Positions 1-12,700 of a DNA stretch of 64,000 nucleotides are shown piece by piece. The stretch lies in NCBI GenBank assembly GCA_943704425.1, contig CALSCP010000368.1:1-64000 (forward strand), written 5' to 3'. This DNA comes from Ministeria vibrans ATCC 50519. Taxonomy: Eukaryota; Protista; Filasterea. The notes beneath the pieces were generated by a model. The model worked only from the letters and a program-made list of their open reading frames with translations. It did not search any database and was not told the origin of the DNA. The position numbers were made by a program, and so were the translations under genes. Position 1 is the stretch's first letter. Every line of letters begins with the position of its first letter.

Positions 1-638
1 GGGGGGGGAGCGCATTGGAGGCATGGGTCAATGCGCACACAGCGAAGGGTCGTGAGTGGACGCGCAAGCGAGGAGGACGAGAGAGAGACACAAAAAAAAA
101 AGACGCAGAAAGAAAGAAAGAAAGAAAGAGAGGAAAACAATAACACAAAAGAGAAACATACCGAATGTGAATCAGACGCTCCACCCATAGACGTCACGCT
201 CTGCTTGCTCTGCCGCCGTTCCATGACCGTGCGCTTCCACTACAGGTTCGTGAGAGAGGAATGAGTGAGCAAACAAACCGCGACAGAAAAAAAGAGATAA
301 AAAAAAAGAGGCAAAGAGGATAAGCATTGATAAGGCTGGCGACGAAGGCAATGGATGGAAGAGCGACAGGGGAGGGTGTGATCGGTTGAAGTTGACGAAT
401 GCGTCGCTTGGTCTTACCGCTGGGATTGTCGACAGTTTGTCCATCTCCTCTTGCTCGCGCCGTTTCGCCTCTTGCTCCTCTGCGAGCTTCTTATCAAGCA
501 TAGCTACAGTCGGTGCACGCGGGTGAGTCTTTATGCACCATGTAGCAGCGCCAGAGAGACGCAGAGAGAGCGCAAAATGCGAAAAATGCGAAAAATGCCG
601 GGCTTTCGCTCACCTTGCTTCCAAGCCGGAATCGACAT
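1..638 (-). CDS. Phostensin/taperin N-terminal-like protein (5' part; 3' end unresolved, may run off window)
   Basis: GT-AG exons 638-614, 503-418, 239-162 give MSIPAWKQAMLDKKLAEEQEAKRREQEEMDKLSTIPAWKRTVMERRQSK. The doubled IPAWK motif flanking a charged helix matches the phostensin (PPP1R18) N-terminus pattern. Confidence 0.6.
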
Positions 639-920
639 GGTTGATGTATATAATGTGAAAGGGTGGTTGTTTCAAGTAACAGAGGGGCGGTGGGGAAGAA
701 TCAAGAAGCAAGGAAAATTGAAATTTCTTATTAGTTATGAATGATTATAAACAGTTTACTCGACTTATACTTTCACTTTTCATGAAGATCAAAGACGCAT
801 TTCAAAATATTATCATACATTGGAAAGGTCTCCTTCTTCTTCTTCTTCAAAATATTATCATGGGTTGGATTCTTCGTTTTCATTTTATTATCAATCACAA
901 ACAAAAAAGCAACAACAACA

Positions 921-1746
921 TTATTCATTGATGTTCTCGAGCGACGTGAGAATTTGTTTGAAGGTGGGACGCTGGTTCTCGTCAACGTGCCAGCACTCCT
1001 GGATAAGACTCGCAAACTGTACAGGCGTCTCCTGCGGAATGGGCGGACGGAGACCCTGGACAATGTTTTCGGCGACACGAAACGCCTCGGACGAACCATA
1101 TTCGGAAAAGGGAATTTCGCGTGAGGCAATCTCCCAAAGAGTCACGCCGTAGCTGAAGACGTCGGCGGCAAGACCGTACGGTGCCAGGCGACACACTTCG
1201 GGGGCCTGCCAGCCAAGGGTACCCCGATGACTCGTCATGCCAGCCTCGCCGTTGACACGGGTGCTTTCATGACCCAGCAGGGGCTCACGCACCGCAGAAA
1301 CAGCAGCTCCGCTGTTGTCAGACGGGTCAGTTGCTGGATTCGTCTCACCACGCAGCATCGAGTAAAGACGGCTCTCGCCAAGATCGCCCACTTTGGCAAC
1401 CCACCGCTCGCTACAGAACACATTGGAAGCCTTGAGATCACGATGCAGAATGGGCGGCGACTGCTCGTGTAGGTAGCGCATGCCTCGCCCCACATCCGTC
1501 GACACGCTCAAACGCACATCCCACGTTAGAACAGTGTCGTTGTCGTCAAGAATTGCACGTAATGATCCGCGCTCCATATACTCAAGTACAAGGAAGGGTG
1601 CCTAAACACACGAGAGGTAGAGAGAAAGGTCAATCGACGAGTGAGCTAAAGCAAACGTCTTTTACACACATACACACACGCACCACACAAACAAAAACAC
1701 ACAAAACACACGCCACATACACACACGGACACACACACACACACAC

Positions 1747-1806
<60 letters not shown>

Positions 1807-4800
1807 GACCTTGTCGCGAGGATCGACCCCTGCGCCGTAGAAGGAGCAGAGATTGCGGTGACGCAGGTGCTGTTTGTAGAAGGAAATCTCCTTCTCAAAG
1901 TCAGTGTAGGCAGAGGGGTCGCCCTCAACCACCGCCTGGCGCAGCTTCTTGACGGCGACACTACGGCCCGCCCAGTCAGCCTTCCACACTTCGCCAAATG
2001 CCCCGCGTGCAATCTTCTTCTCAAAGACCAAATCCGAATGAGGCACGAGCCAGTAGCGTTCGACATTGTCATGCAGCTCAACGTACTTGCGCTGCGCAGC
2101 ACGCGCGCGCATTCGCGAGCGACGATAGAAGAAGGTGCCGACAAGCAGCAGAAGGAGCAGCACGGCCGCACCAGTCACACCGCCTGCAATAGACTCGACA
2201 AGTTGCGGGTTGAGGCAGTCGTCACTGGATGGGCCACTACAGCCATGCTGGCACTTGCTGTTGCAGTCGACACAGGTTCCGTCCGTCTTAAACATGGCCT
2301 TGTCGCACTATACATACCTCTATACATTCACAACGATTCTCTTCTTTCTCACTCGTTTGATTCGTACCGCGTGAAGACACAGAGGAGTGTTGCCAATGGC
2401 AAGTGTCTCGGGCGACGTTGGGCGATAGGAGAGCATGCCGGCGGGACAATTGCATGTGACGGCAAACGGGTCCGATTCTGTGGGCTCATTGCATGTGCCG
2501 GGAGCACACACATTGCGCACACAGCGAAAGAAGTACTGACAGGTGGTGCCCGAGAGGCCGTACGGGCAGCAGTCGCGCGGCGAAGGGCCCGAGCAAGACG
2601 AAAAGAGAACAATGCCGTCGGTGGTTTGGAGCTCTTCAAGGCAGAAGGGGTCGCAAAAGCCATTGCAAGCGGGCGCGTCACCGTATGTGCCGGGAGTGCA
2701 TGTAAACGCCGGAAGTTGGTTCCCTTAACAAAAAACAAAAACAAAACGAGAGCGTGTGGTTGGTTGTGTTTGCACATCTGTATCGCTATGGATTGTATAT
2801 ACCATTAAGAATAGTCGTGCCAAGTAGTTGGGGATTGACGCCGGGACTAGCGGCGGACGCGTACGTGATTTGGTTGTTTGCAAGGTTGAGCGACGTGTAG
2901 GTGGGCAGGAGGAACTGGCCGGTGAGGAGGTTGTTGGCCAGGTTGATCTCCAAAATGGAGTTGAAGGCAAGGACGATGGGCTGGGCGGCGGCCGTCGTGA
3001 TGTGGTTAAAGGAAAGGTCAAGTTTGAGGAGGAGTGGGAGGAGACGCAGGGTGTTTGTGTTGATGGTGCGCAAGTAGTTGTTGTTGAGTGAGAGGTACTT
3101 GACGCTTGCGGGGATGATGAGGGGGAAAAAGTCGAGGTGATTGGAAGCAAGAGAGAGCGACTCCAGGTTCGTCAGACCCGCCAGAGCACTGCCGACGTCG
3201 GTGAGATTATTGCCGGCTAACGACAACTGCGTGACTTGCGTGAGAGCATTGAGCCAACAGGCGCTCACATTGCGCAGACTGTTCACTTCCAAGTTGATGG
3301 TGGTGAGTGCGGGAGTGTGGTCAAACAACCCACAAGGGATATACTAAAAAAAAAAGAAGAAAAATCGTGCGTCAGTGCACGCGACAGGTCGAGTGTGACG
3401 GACTGACTTCAATGGTGTTGTTGGAGAAGTCAATCTCTTGGGCAAGCGGAGTGTGGTCAAAGAGACCGGGCGGGAGAGTGGTGAAGGGGCCGGCGGTGTC
3501 AAAGATGATGAGGGAGAGGCGCGGGTTGTGGTCAAAGAGGCCCGCTGGAATGGCGGCAATGTTGTTGACCTGGAGCGAAATGCCGATGAGGCTGGGTAGG
3601 CCGGCGAAGAGGCGGGGTGGCAGATAAGTGAGCTGACACTGGCCCATCATGATCTGCAGACAGTGCGTCAGATTGCCAAATGTGTCGTCTGTGAGTGTGT
3701 ATCCCAGTGGGTTCCCGTCCAACTGAAGCTCTTCAACGGCGAGCGGGAAGGCATCGGCGCCAATGCGACTGATCTGGTTGTACGAAAGAAGAACCTCGTA
3801 CAGTATTTCGTTGTCTACATTCAAAATGTATCAGTCTCGAACTCGCGTTCGATCTCTTGGGCATGTTGCGCCTTACACTTGAAAAGACCGTCGGGCAGCT
3901 CGGTGAGCAGATTACCCTCAAGATTAATGTAGAACATAATCGGAAAGTGGAGCATATCAAAGGGGGTGAGAGAGGTGATACTGTTGCCTTCGAGAGTGAG
4001 AAAGCGTAGGTAGTCGTTGGCGTAGAGAGCGGGGGGGAAGGGCCCTGCAAGGTTGTTGCCGGCGAGGTAGAGAAAGGACGTGGAGCGAGGCAGAAAGGGA
4101 AGTGTGGTAAGGCCGTTGTTGGAGAGGTTGATGTGGCTGATTTGAGTGGCGTTGCGGAGAAGATTGTAAGGGAGGGGAAGGTTGCCATTGCCGTTGATGA
4201 GAAGCGTGTTGAGTTGGGTGAAGCAGTCAAAGAAGCCGTCGGGGATAGTGTGAAAGGCGGCATTCTGGGCCTGGAACGTGCTGAGATTGCATAGACGAGC
4301 AATGCTCGAGGGGAAGGTGGACATGAGGCTGTTGCTGCCGACCTCGAGGGCGCGTAGCGAGTGCGCCAAGGGCAGGAAGATGTTGTCGGGGAGTGACAGG
4401 ACGTTGGTCAGGCCCGAGAGGGTGAGTGCTCCCACGTTGGGTGTGTGTGCAAAAAAGTTGACGTCGATCGAGTCGATGTTGCAGTCGGTGAGCTCGAAGA
4501 GGTACAGTTTGGGATTCTTTTCGAATAGGGAAGGGGGCAGAACGGAGAGGTCGGAGCCGCGGATGGTGACAATGGAGAGGTTGGCCATGGAGGCAAAAAT
4601 GTCGGGGGCAAGCGAGGTGAGCGCATTACCGGAGATGTTGAGGACGGTGAGCGAGCTGAGTGCGCTGACCGACGACGGCAGCTGGTCGATCTTGTTGAAG
4701 CCAAGGTCGAGGAAGAGAAGGGAGGAGAGCGCCGCAAAGGTCTCATCGGCAAATGCCCCGAGGTTGTTGGTGCCCAGGTTGAGGATTAGCAGATTGGAGA

Positions 4801-5826
4801 GGGAGGCAAAGAGACGCGGGTCGATCACCGAGATGAGGTTTTGTTCGAGGAAGAGCAGGGCGAGCGAGGTGAGATTGTAGAAGGCGTTGTAGTCGATGGT
4901 GGTGATCTGGTCGTTGTTGAGCGTAAGACTCCGGACGCCCGAGCTGCTTGAGAAGAGTGGTGGTATCTCCGGCAAGTAGTTGCTACTGAGATCTACATAG
5001 GCGATATCGGAGCAATTGAGGAACAAGGCCGAATCAACGCCGCGCAGGCCAATGCCGCATGCTGAGAAGTTCTGGAGGCGGGGCAGCGCGCCACAGAGGT
5101 TGGAAGGGATTGCGCCGAGGTTGGGTAGGTAGGAGACGTCGAGTCCCTCAAGGCCCGCGGGCAAGAGACCCGGCGGCGGCCAGGTGGTGATGGCAGCATT
5201 CTGTGCGATGTGGAGGACCCGCAGCGATTGCGGCAGCTGGTCAGGCCACGCCGTTAACTTGTTGTTGCTCACGCCGAGCACTTGGAGTCGCGAGAGACTT
5301 GCCACCGTCGCGTTGGGCAACGACGTCAGCTCGTTGTTACTCATGTTGAGAAAGAGGAGCGTGTCTTCAAGGGGAGCGAGCGCACCCGTTTGCAGTAAGG
5401 CGAGCTACAACGCGAAGAAGAGGAAACGACGGAATGGGTGTCAACTCCCAGAGAGGGGATGGGATAGATGCGCTTGCAGCCTACCTCGTTGTTGGCAAGG
5501 TCGACGTGCGACAGGTTGCGCGGCCCTTTGAAGGCGTTGGCGAGGATGGCGACAATGTTGTTTTCAGCGAAGGAGATGCTCTCGAGGTCGGTGTAGCGTG
5601 CGAGCGCCAGGTCGCGCACGTACACGATTGAGTTCCCCTGCAAGTCAAGCGACGTGATGTTTGCCGGCAAGTCGGAGGGCACCTCGTCGAGCTTGAGACT
5701 CGCACACGACGCATGTGCGTCTTGGCAGATGCACCCGGCGCTGCCGCACGCAATCGACGCCGATTGCGTGCCTGCGATGACAATGATCAGTGACACCCAA
5801 AACAGAAGGGAAACGAGCCGAGGCAT
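921..5826 (-). CDS. Leucine-rich repeat receptor protein kinase (TKL-like)
   Basis: Signal peptide (MPRLVSLLFW...), LRRNT, many LxxLxLxxNxL repeats, Cys-rich EGF/furin-like region, TM helix (GVTGAAVLLLLLLVGTFFY-RRSR), then kinase motifs GAFGEV, VAVK, HRDLKASN, DLG, WQAPE, DVFSYG. Joined by about 6 GT-AG introns. Confidence 0.92.
1660..1805. repeat. (AC)n microsatellite in kinase intron
   Basis: Direct dinucleotide run. Confidence 0.95.
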
Positions 5827-6033
5827 TGAATGAAAGTTATTGAAGAAGAAGACATTTCCAATTTAGTATCCATCACAAACGAAAAGTACGTCGTTATATT
5901 ATTGAATATTGAACTTTGATATTATTATACTAATAATAATTATAATTATAATTTGATTGATTAATTGATTTGAAACCATTATCATAATAAGATTATTACT
6001 GAATTGAGACACATTTAATTCGTACAGCGTAAT

Positions 6034-7986
6034 TTACGTCTTGGAATGATACTTGGCGGCAACGGGTCGGAGCAGTGCCATAGAGACAAAGGCTGTGCCA
6101 CAAATACCGGCCATTATGATCATAAGGTCGTCATAGACAAAAGGAGTCGGGTTGGGCGTGCCGGGCGGGACAAGTTCCATCAGACGACTCACGGTGACTG
6201 TTTTCTGCTCGATAAGCAGCGGAAGTTGGTCCTTGGGCAGACTAAAGGCGGCGTGAAAGGTCGCGTCGTCGAGTTTGTCCGTGAGCGACACACACGCATT
6301 CTTGAGAGACGATTCGCGCACACCGGCCGCCAAGGACGGACCCAAAATGGCGGCGGGGAGGACAGCAACAAGGGTACGCGCCGTGATGGTGCCGACGTGA
6401 CGCAGACCGTACGTGTCGCCAATGAGGGCAGGCCAGAGGGCCGCCGAGCCACCAAAGCAGCCAACAATGGCCGTGACCGAGCCAAAGAAGACGGCCAAGG
6501 GCAGCATGGGTGGGTAGGCGGTGGCGCCCTCAGCAGCCGCGACACTGGCGTGAATGGATGCGAGTGCGGTCAGGTAGAGTACAGGCGAGGCACCCCACAT
6601 GGCCATGTAGGTGAGACGGCGCGCGCGAAACGGATCACCAATGCGCTTGGCAAGTGCATCGCTGGCGTTGCTCCACAGCAGCCGACCGCCCAGGTTGCCT
6701 GCAGACATGGTGGAGACAAAGGCGGCGGCGACGGCAGCATTGACCACGGTGGGCATGGTCGTGCCAAAGGCGTCCACCAGCATGGTGTGGCCCGTCGACA
6801 CGATGCCGTACGCACCGGCGTTGAACAGCGCCAGTCCACCCAGCATGCCCCAGAACTGCGGTATTCGCATTGCCTGTGCGGCGTCCACGTTGAATGCAGT
6901 GAGGGATGCGGACGGGGAGGCGACGCTTCCCTTTGACGAGACCGCTGCGTCGTCGGTCGGCGTCTGAGCAGGTAAGCTGTTGGGAACAAAGCCGGCAGGC
7001 GGGAGACGAAAGGCATAGGCGGATGCAACCATGGCGGAGGCGTAGAGACCCGCAAGCACGGCAAATGAACCAACAATGCCGGTGTCACCGGAGCCCACAA
7101 GGTAGATGCCCTCGCTGAGTTGGTCCCAAGAACGCAAGTCTGCCGCTGTGGCAACGACCACTTCGCGAAGCGAACCACCCACTTCGGCAAAGAGACGTCC
7201 GTCAACGGCCGACGTAGCCACACTATCAGCGCTGCCAAGCCAGGTGGGCGCGACGCGAAAGTGCTCGATAAGACGAGTGAAGAGGGGCGCCGCGATCATG
7301 GCACCGCCCCCAAAGCCAACGATGCACGACGACGAGGCGAATCCTTTACGGTCGGGAAACCAGCGGAGAAGAGCGGCAACTGGCGGTACGTAGGCCCAAC
7401 CGTTGGCGAGACCCCACACGAGACCGCCGGCATACAGGATGGGCAACGAGCCAGTGGCGGCCGCCACCGACGCGAGGGTGAAGCCGCTGCCCAAACTGAG
7501 GGCGCCAGCAAGAACCGACGCGCGTGGCCCTACACGATCCTGTGTTGACGAAAGTAGTGCACCAAAAGCAAAGCCGCCCTATATAAAAACAAACGAAGTT
7601 ACTTTCGTTTCGTTTGAATAAAACGTTACCATCACGAGTGTAAACACGACGGACGTGTCGCTGAGAGCCCAGTCGCCAGCGGCAGGCGCCACCACACCCG
7701 TTAAGCGTGTGAGGGGTTGATTGAACATGGACCAGGCATAGATGCTGCCGAGCGCCAAGTGCGTGATGACGGATGGGACAATGAAGCGGAAGCGATTCAA
7801 ACGGGGCGCCGTCTCCTCGGACACGGTGATGTGATGCGGAAGGAGACGCGCGCGTCGTAGTGAGCGCATCATGAACCCTTCGCGGTCGGAGTTCGAGGGA
7901 AGCGCAGAGGAGGCCAAGCGCACCGGAGCGCGGCAGTTGAAGTAGCAACGAACTGGCGTGGTGAGTAGTCTTGAAAGTCGTAACAT
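6034..7986 (-). CDS. MFS transporter, oxalate:formate antiporter (OFA/YhjX-like) family
   Basis: HLALGSIYAWSMFNQPL, RWFPDRKGFAS, GRLLWSNASD and DTYGLRH motifs; multiple TM helices; one short intron about 7629-7581; Arg/Ser-rich N-terminal extension. Confidence 0.88.
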
Positions 7987-8137
7987 CAGATATTACATAC
8001 AGTGTGTGTGTGTGTGTGTGTGAATTTAAGTATGTATGTATGTGTCTATGTGTGCGAGCAAGACAATCAGAAGAAAATAAGTATTAAGTCGAAATTTGTG
8101 TAGGTGCATAAAAAGTAGTCTAGAGCAGCGACAGTAG

Positions 8138-9511
<1,374 letters not shown>

Positions 9512-9778
9512 TGTGCACTGATTAGTGTGTTGACTGTTGAGCTGTTAGTTGATCAGGATTCAAAGAATCAAAAAGAATACTGAAATTTAATAATTTATTA
9601 CTATTTTAGTACTAAATAGAGCTCATTCATGTTTATTCATCAATCATTCATTGGTTCAATTATAAATACTAAATACTTCCGTCTTCCACCGTAGACTTGT
9701 AATGGTGATGATGATACAAAATTAATTGCAATAATAGTATTACAATCATTATTAATTTAACATACAATTTCCATACAA

Positions 9779-12700
9779 TTAGTACGAGATCACGTCTGAC
9801 TCAGTTGTGAAGAAGACTTTGGGAGCGTCACGAGCATATTCAATGAGACGCTGCTTCCTCTGCGCAGCACTGTCAAAGGCATAGTGAATCGGTTCTTGTC
9901 GCTGGCTGGTGTCAATTGGCTCCCGTTTGTCTTGGCTCACGATGCTATTGCCAAGTTTGATAGCAATGGAGCTAAAGGGCGGTAGCTGCTGACCAGGGGC
10001 CGGGAATGGATCTCGCTGGAGTCGAAAAGACTGTTCGGCAGTGATGTTCTGCTTCTTTTCTAAGCTTTTCTTGGCAGCGGCCAATTTCTGGAGTCGTTCA
10101 TACTCCCGCGTAATTTGCACCTGCTCGCGGGCCTTGCCTGCAGCTTCTTCCGTTTCACCAGCTTCGAAAATCAACTTGGCCACGGCGGACTGCAGTAGAT
10201 CACATGTGGCATCGCTGACGACCGAGTGCACGGTGGTGAGCAATGAGGACTTGAAAGAGCGGAATCGCAGGCACATGAGCATTATGGACACCAAGATGGA
10301 CTCGATCAAAGCCCGTTTTGCTGACCCACGGGCCATGGCGTAGAGCTGAGTGGAGGGTGTGAACAAGGCTTGGCAAAACTGGCGCAGGAGCACAAGGCCT
10401 CGTTGTTTCAGCAACTCGACAGTCCACTGACGGACAGTGACTACGTGCGTCTCATCCACGTGGCGGTAGCATGCCTGCTCATCGGCAAGATCGCTGACCA
10501 CAGTCGCTGCAATAATGAGAGCCACATTTTGGCGGGCATCACCATACGGCGAGGTCGCTCCAAGGTCATCTGGCAGGTGTCGCAACATGAAAAGCTTCTT
10601 GGAAAAGTGCCAGCACTTGAAGAAGCTGAACATGTTGCCCCGACTCTCCACAAAGGCAGGATCGTGTATCTGTGCGCTGGAAGCCTGACGAAACACAACA
10701 GTGGCGTAGTGGTGGCGCGTGGGAGGGAGAACGTTGATTTGGCGTTGCTTGCTGATGAGCTGAATGCAAAAGCGCAAGCATGGATACTGCTCACGAAGAA
10801 AGACAGACAGCTCCCTGGCGGTTTTGCTTTCAAACTCCGTTTGTTGTTTGGCGTACATGTTTTTGTTCACAAGTTCAATGTCGCCACATGCAATGGTCTC
10901 ACCATTACCTGCCCACCCCTGGCAAGCATCGTGAAGACCGTCCAAAGACATGCGTTGCAGCGTCGACGTAGCGCGAGGGTCGGCAAAGGAATTCAGCTCT
11001 TGTACACGTAGTGCGCCTTGCGGTAGCACTGACTCCTTGGGCACGGATTCAATACCGGGCAACGGGGCATGATCACATTCGTCACCCCGAGCGCGACGAG
11101 GTGGACCACAAACCACAAGCAGCTCGAGTTGCTCACGCCACATGTCGATTGGGTTGTATCCGGGCATCCTGAGAGGCTCGGGCATGTCGGCCAAGTAGTA
11201 CGTGCGCGTTGGTGTTTCGATCTGGAGCTCTCCTGGCACGCCTTGTACCAAGCAGAATGTGCGAAGCGCGATAACACCGTTGGCCTTCAGGCTTTTGTGA
11301 CTGCTGTAATAGCTCAGGGTCTTGTTGGCGGGACGAAGAACAAACCAACGCTTGCGCCAGCCGCCACCCAGTTGCCCCACTCCCCGTTTCTGCAGCATGC
11401 CGGCAAAGTCGCCTGAGGCGACGAAATCGGCCGGCCACCACAACACGCTGGATGAATCAAACGGAACATGACAACCGATCCATTGGTGCATGACAGGAGG
11501 CACTTCACCCCTCATGCCGGGTGCGCGCAGACACACGTGCCGCATTATGGAGCCATCCAACGACAGGGTGTCGGAGCAGGGAGGCGCAGCAGGGTTGCCG
11601 CGCCCTGGTCGGCTCACCCGCACATTTATGGCGTGAGTATCATCATTCACAATGCTACCACTGCCGGCATCCGCGCCACTTCGAGAAGGCCGAAGGTCGA
11701 CAGCGCTGCAGTCGTCATCGCTTTCACTTTCACTGATTTCACTGATTTCACTGATCCGATCATCCAAATCCAAGCCATGATCACCACAGGCGCCACCAAC
11801 GCGATCAATAGCAGCAGCCGTAGACGAGGTGGCGATGGAACTTTCAGAATCAAGGCTGATGACGCTGGGACCACAGCCCACATTCTTGTCCTCCCCCATG
11901 TCGCAGCTGCTGGAGAACGAAGAGGCAGCGATGACGTGCTTGATGGCATCCATCCATTGTGTTTGCGAATTAAGAAAGAATGGTGCGTTGGGATTGAGCC
12001 GAGTGAGAACATTGCTGCGCTCATGGCAAGTAGCGTCGACTCTGAGAAAAAAGACGCGACCGCCCCGTTGAGCGCCAGTGATCAGTTTGAAATTTTCGCT
12101 GTTCTCGCTGTCGAGCTCAATTGCTGCACCATGCAGTGGTATTTCGCCTAAGCACACTTTGCTAACAGTGTCTTCAAAATACGACAGTGTGCCTGCCACC
12201 GCATCCAGGATCCAAAAGCGCCGCTTGAACGCCTTGGTACCATCAAAGCCGCCGCGTTTCTTCATAAACCCCTTTTGCAATGGTGGCACTGATCCGAATG
12301 CTGTAGCAGCCACGGGCGAGGCATCGCCGGCGTCCGCCATGACGGACACTGCCCGATGTTCGCTGCGCCTCTCCTGTTTGATCGTGGCTGCTGAACGCGC
12401 CACAGAGTCTGCATCGACGCGGTACCGTTGGCGGAACTGAAATTCGCTGGAATAGACACTCTTCTGGATCCCGGGGATACCATCGTCAGAAGGAGGCATC
12501 CAGTGATCCATCAGTAAGGGGTGCACGCCATCAGGTAAGCCGCATACATACACGTGCATGGCAGACTCGACAATGCATTGCATTATGTCGGCGCGGTTGA
12601 ACAGGTCTCCGTCGCCGGGCTGTTGGGTTTTGCCATCAAGTGGCACCTGTCGGCCACTAACAAGTGGTACGTGGCCAGTGGTATTGTCAAAGACACGCTC

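Noticed and set aside
1858-2808. Long antisense ORFs overlapping real genes (e.g. 1858-2808, 6046-6936, 49600-50325)
   Set aside because: These are shadow or alternative-frame ORFs of GC-rich coding sequence with no recognisable motifs.
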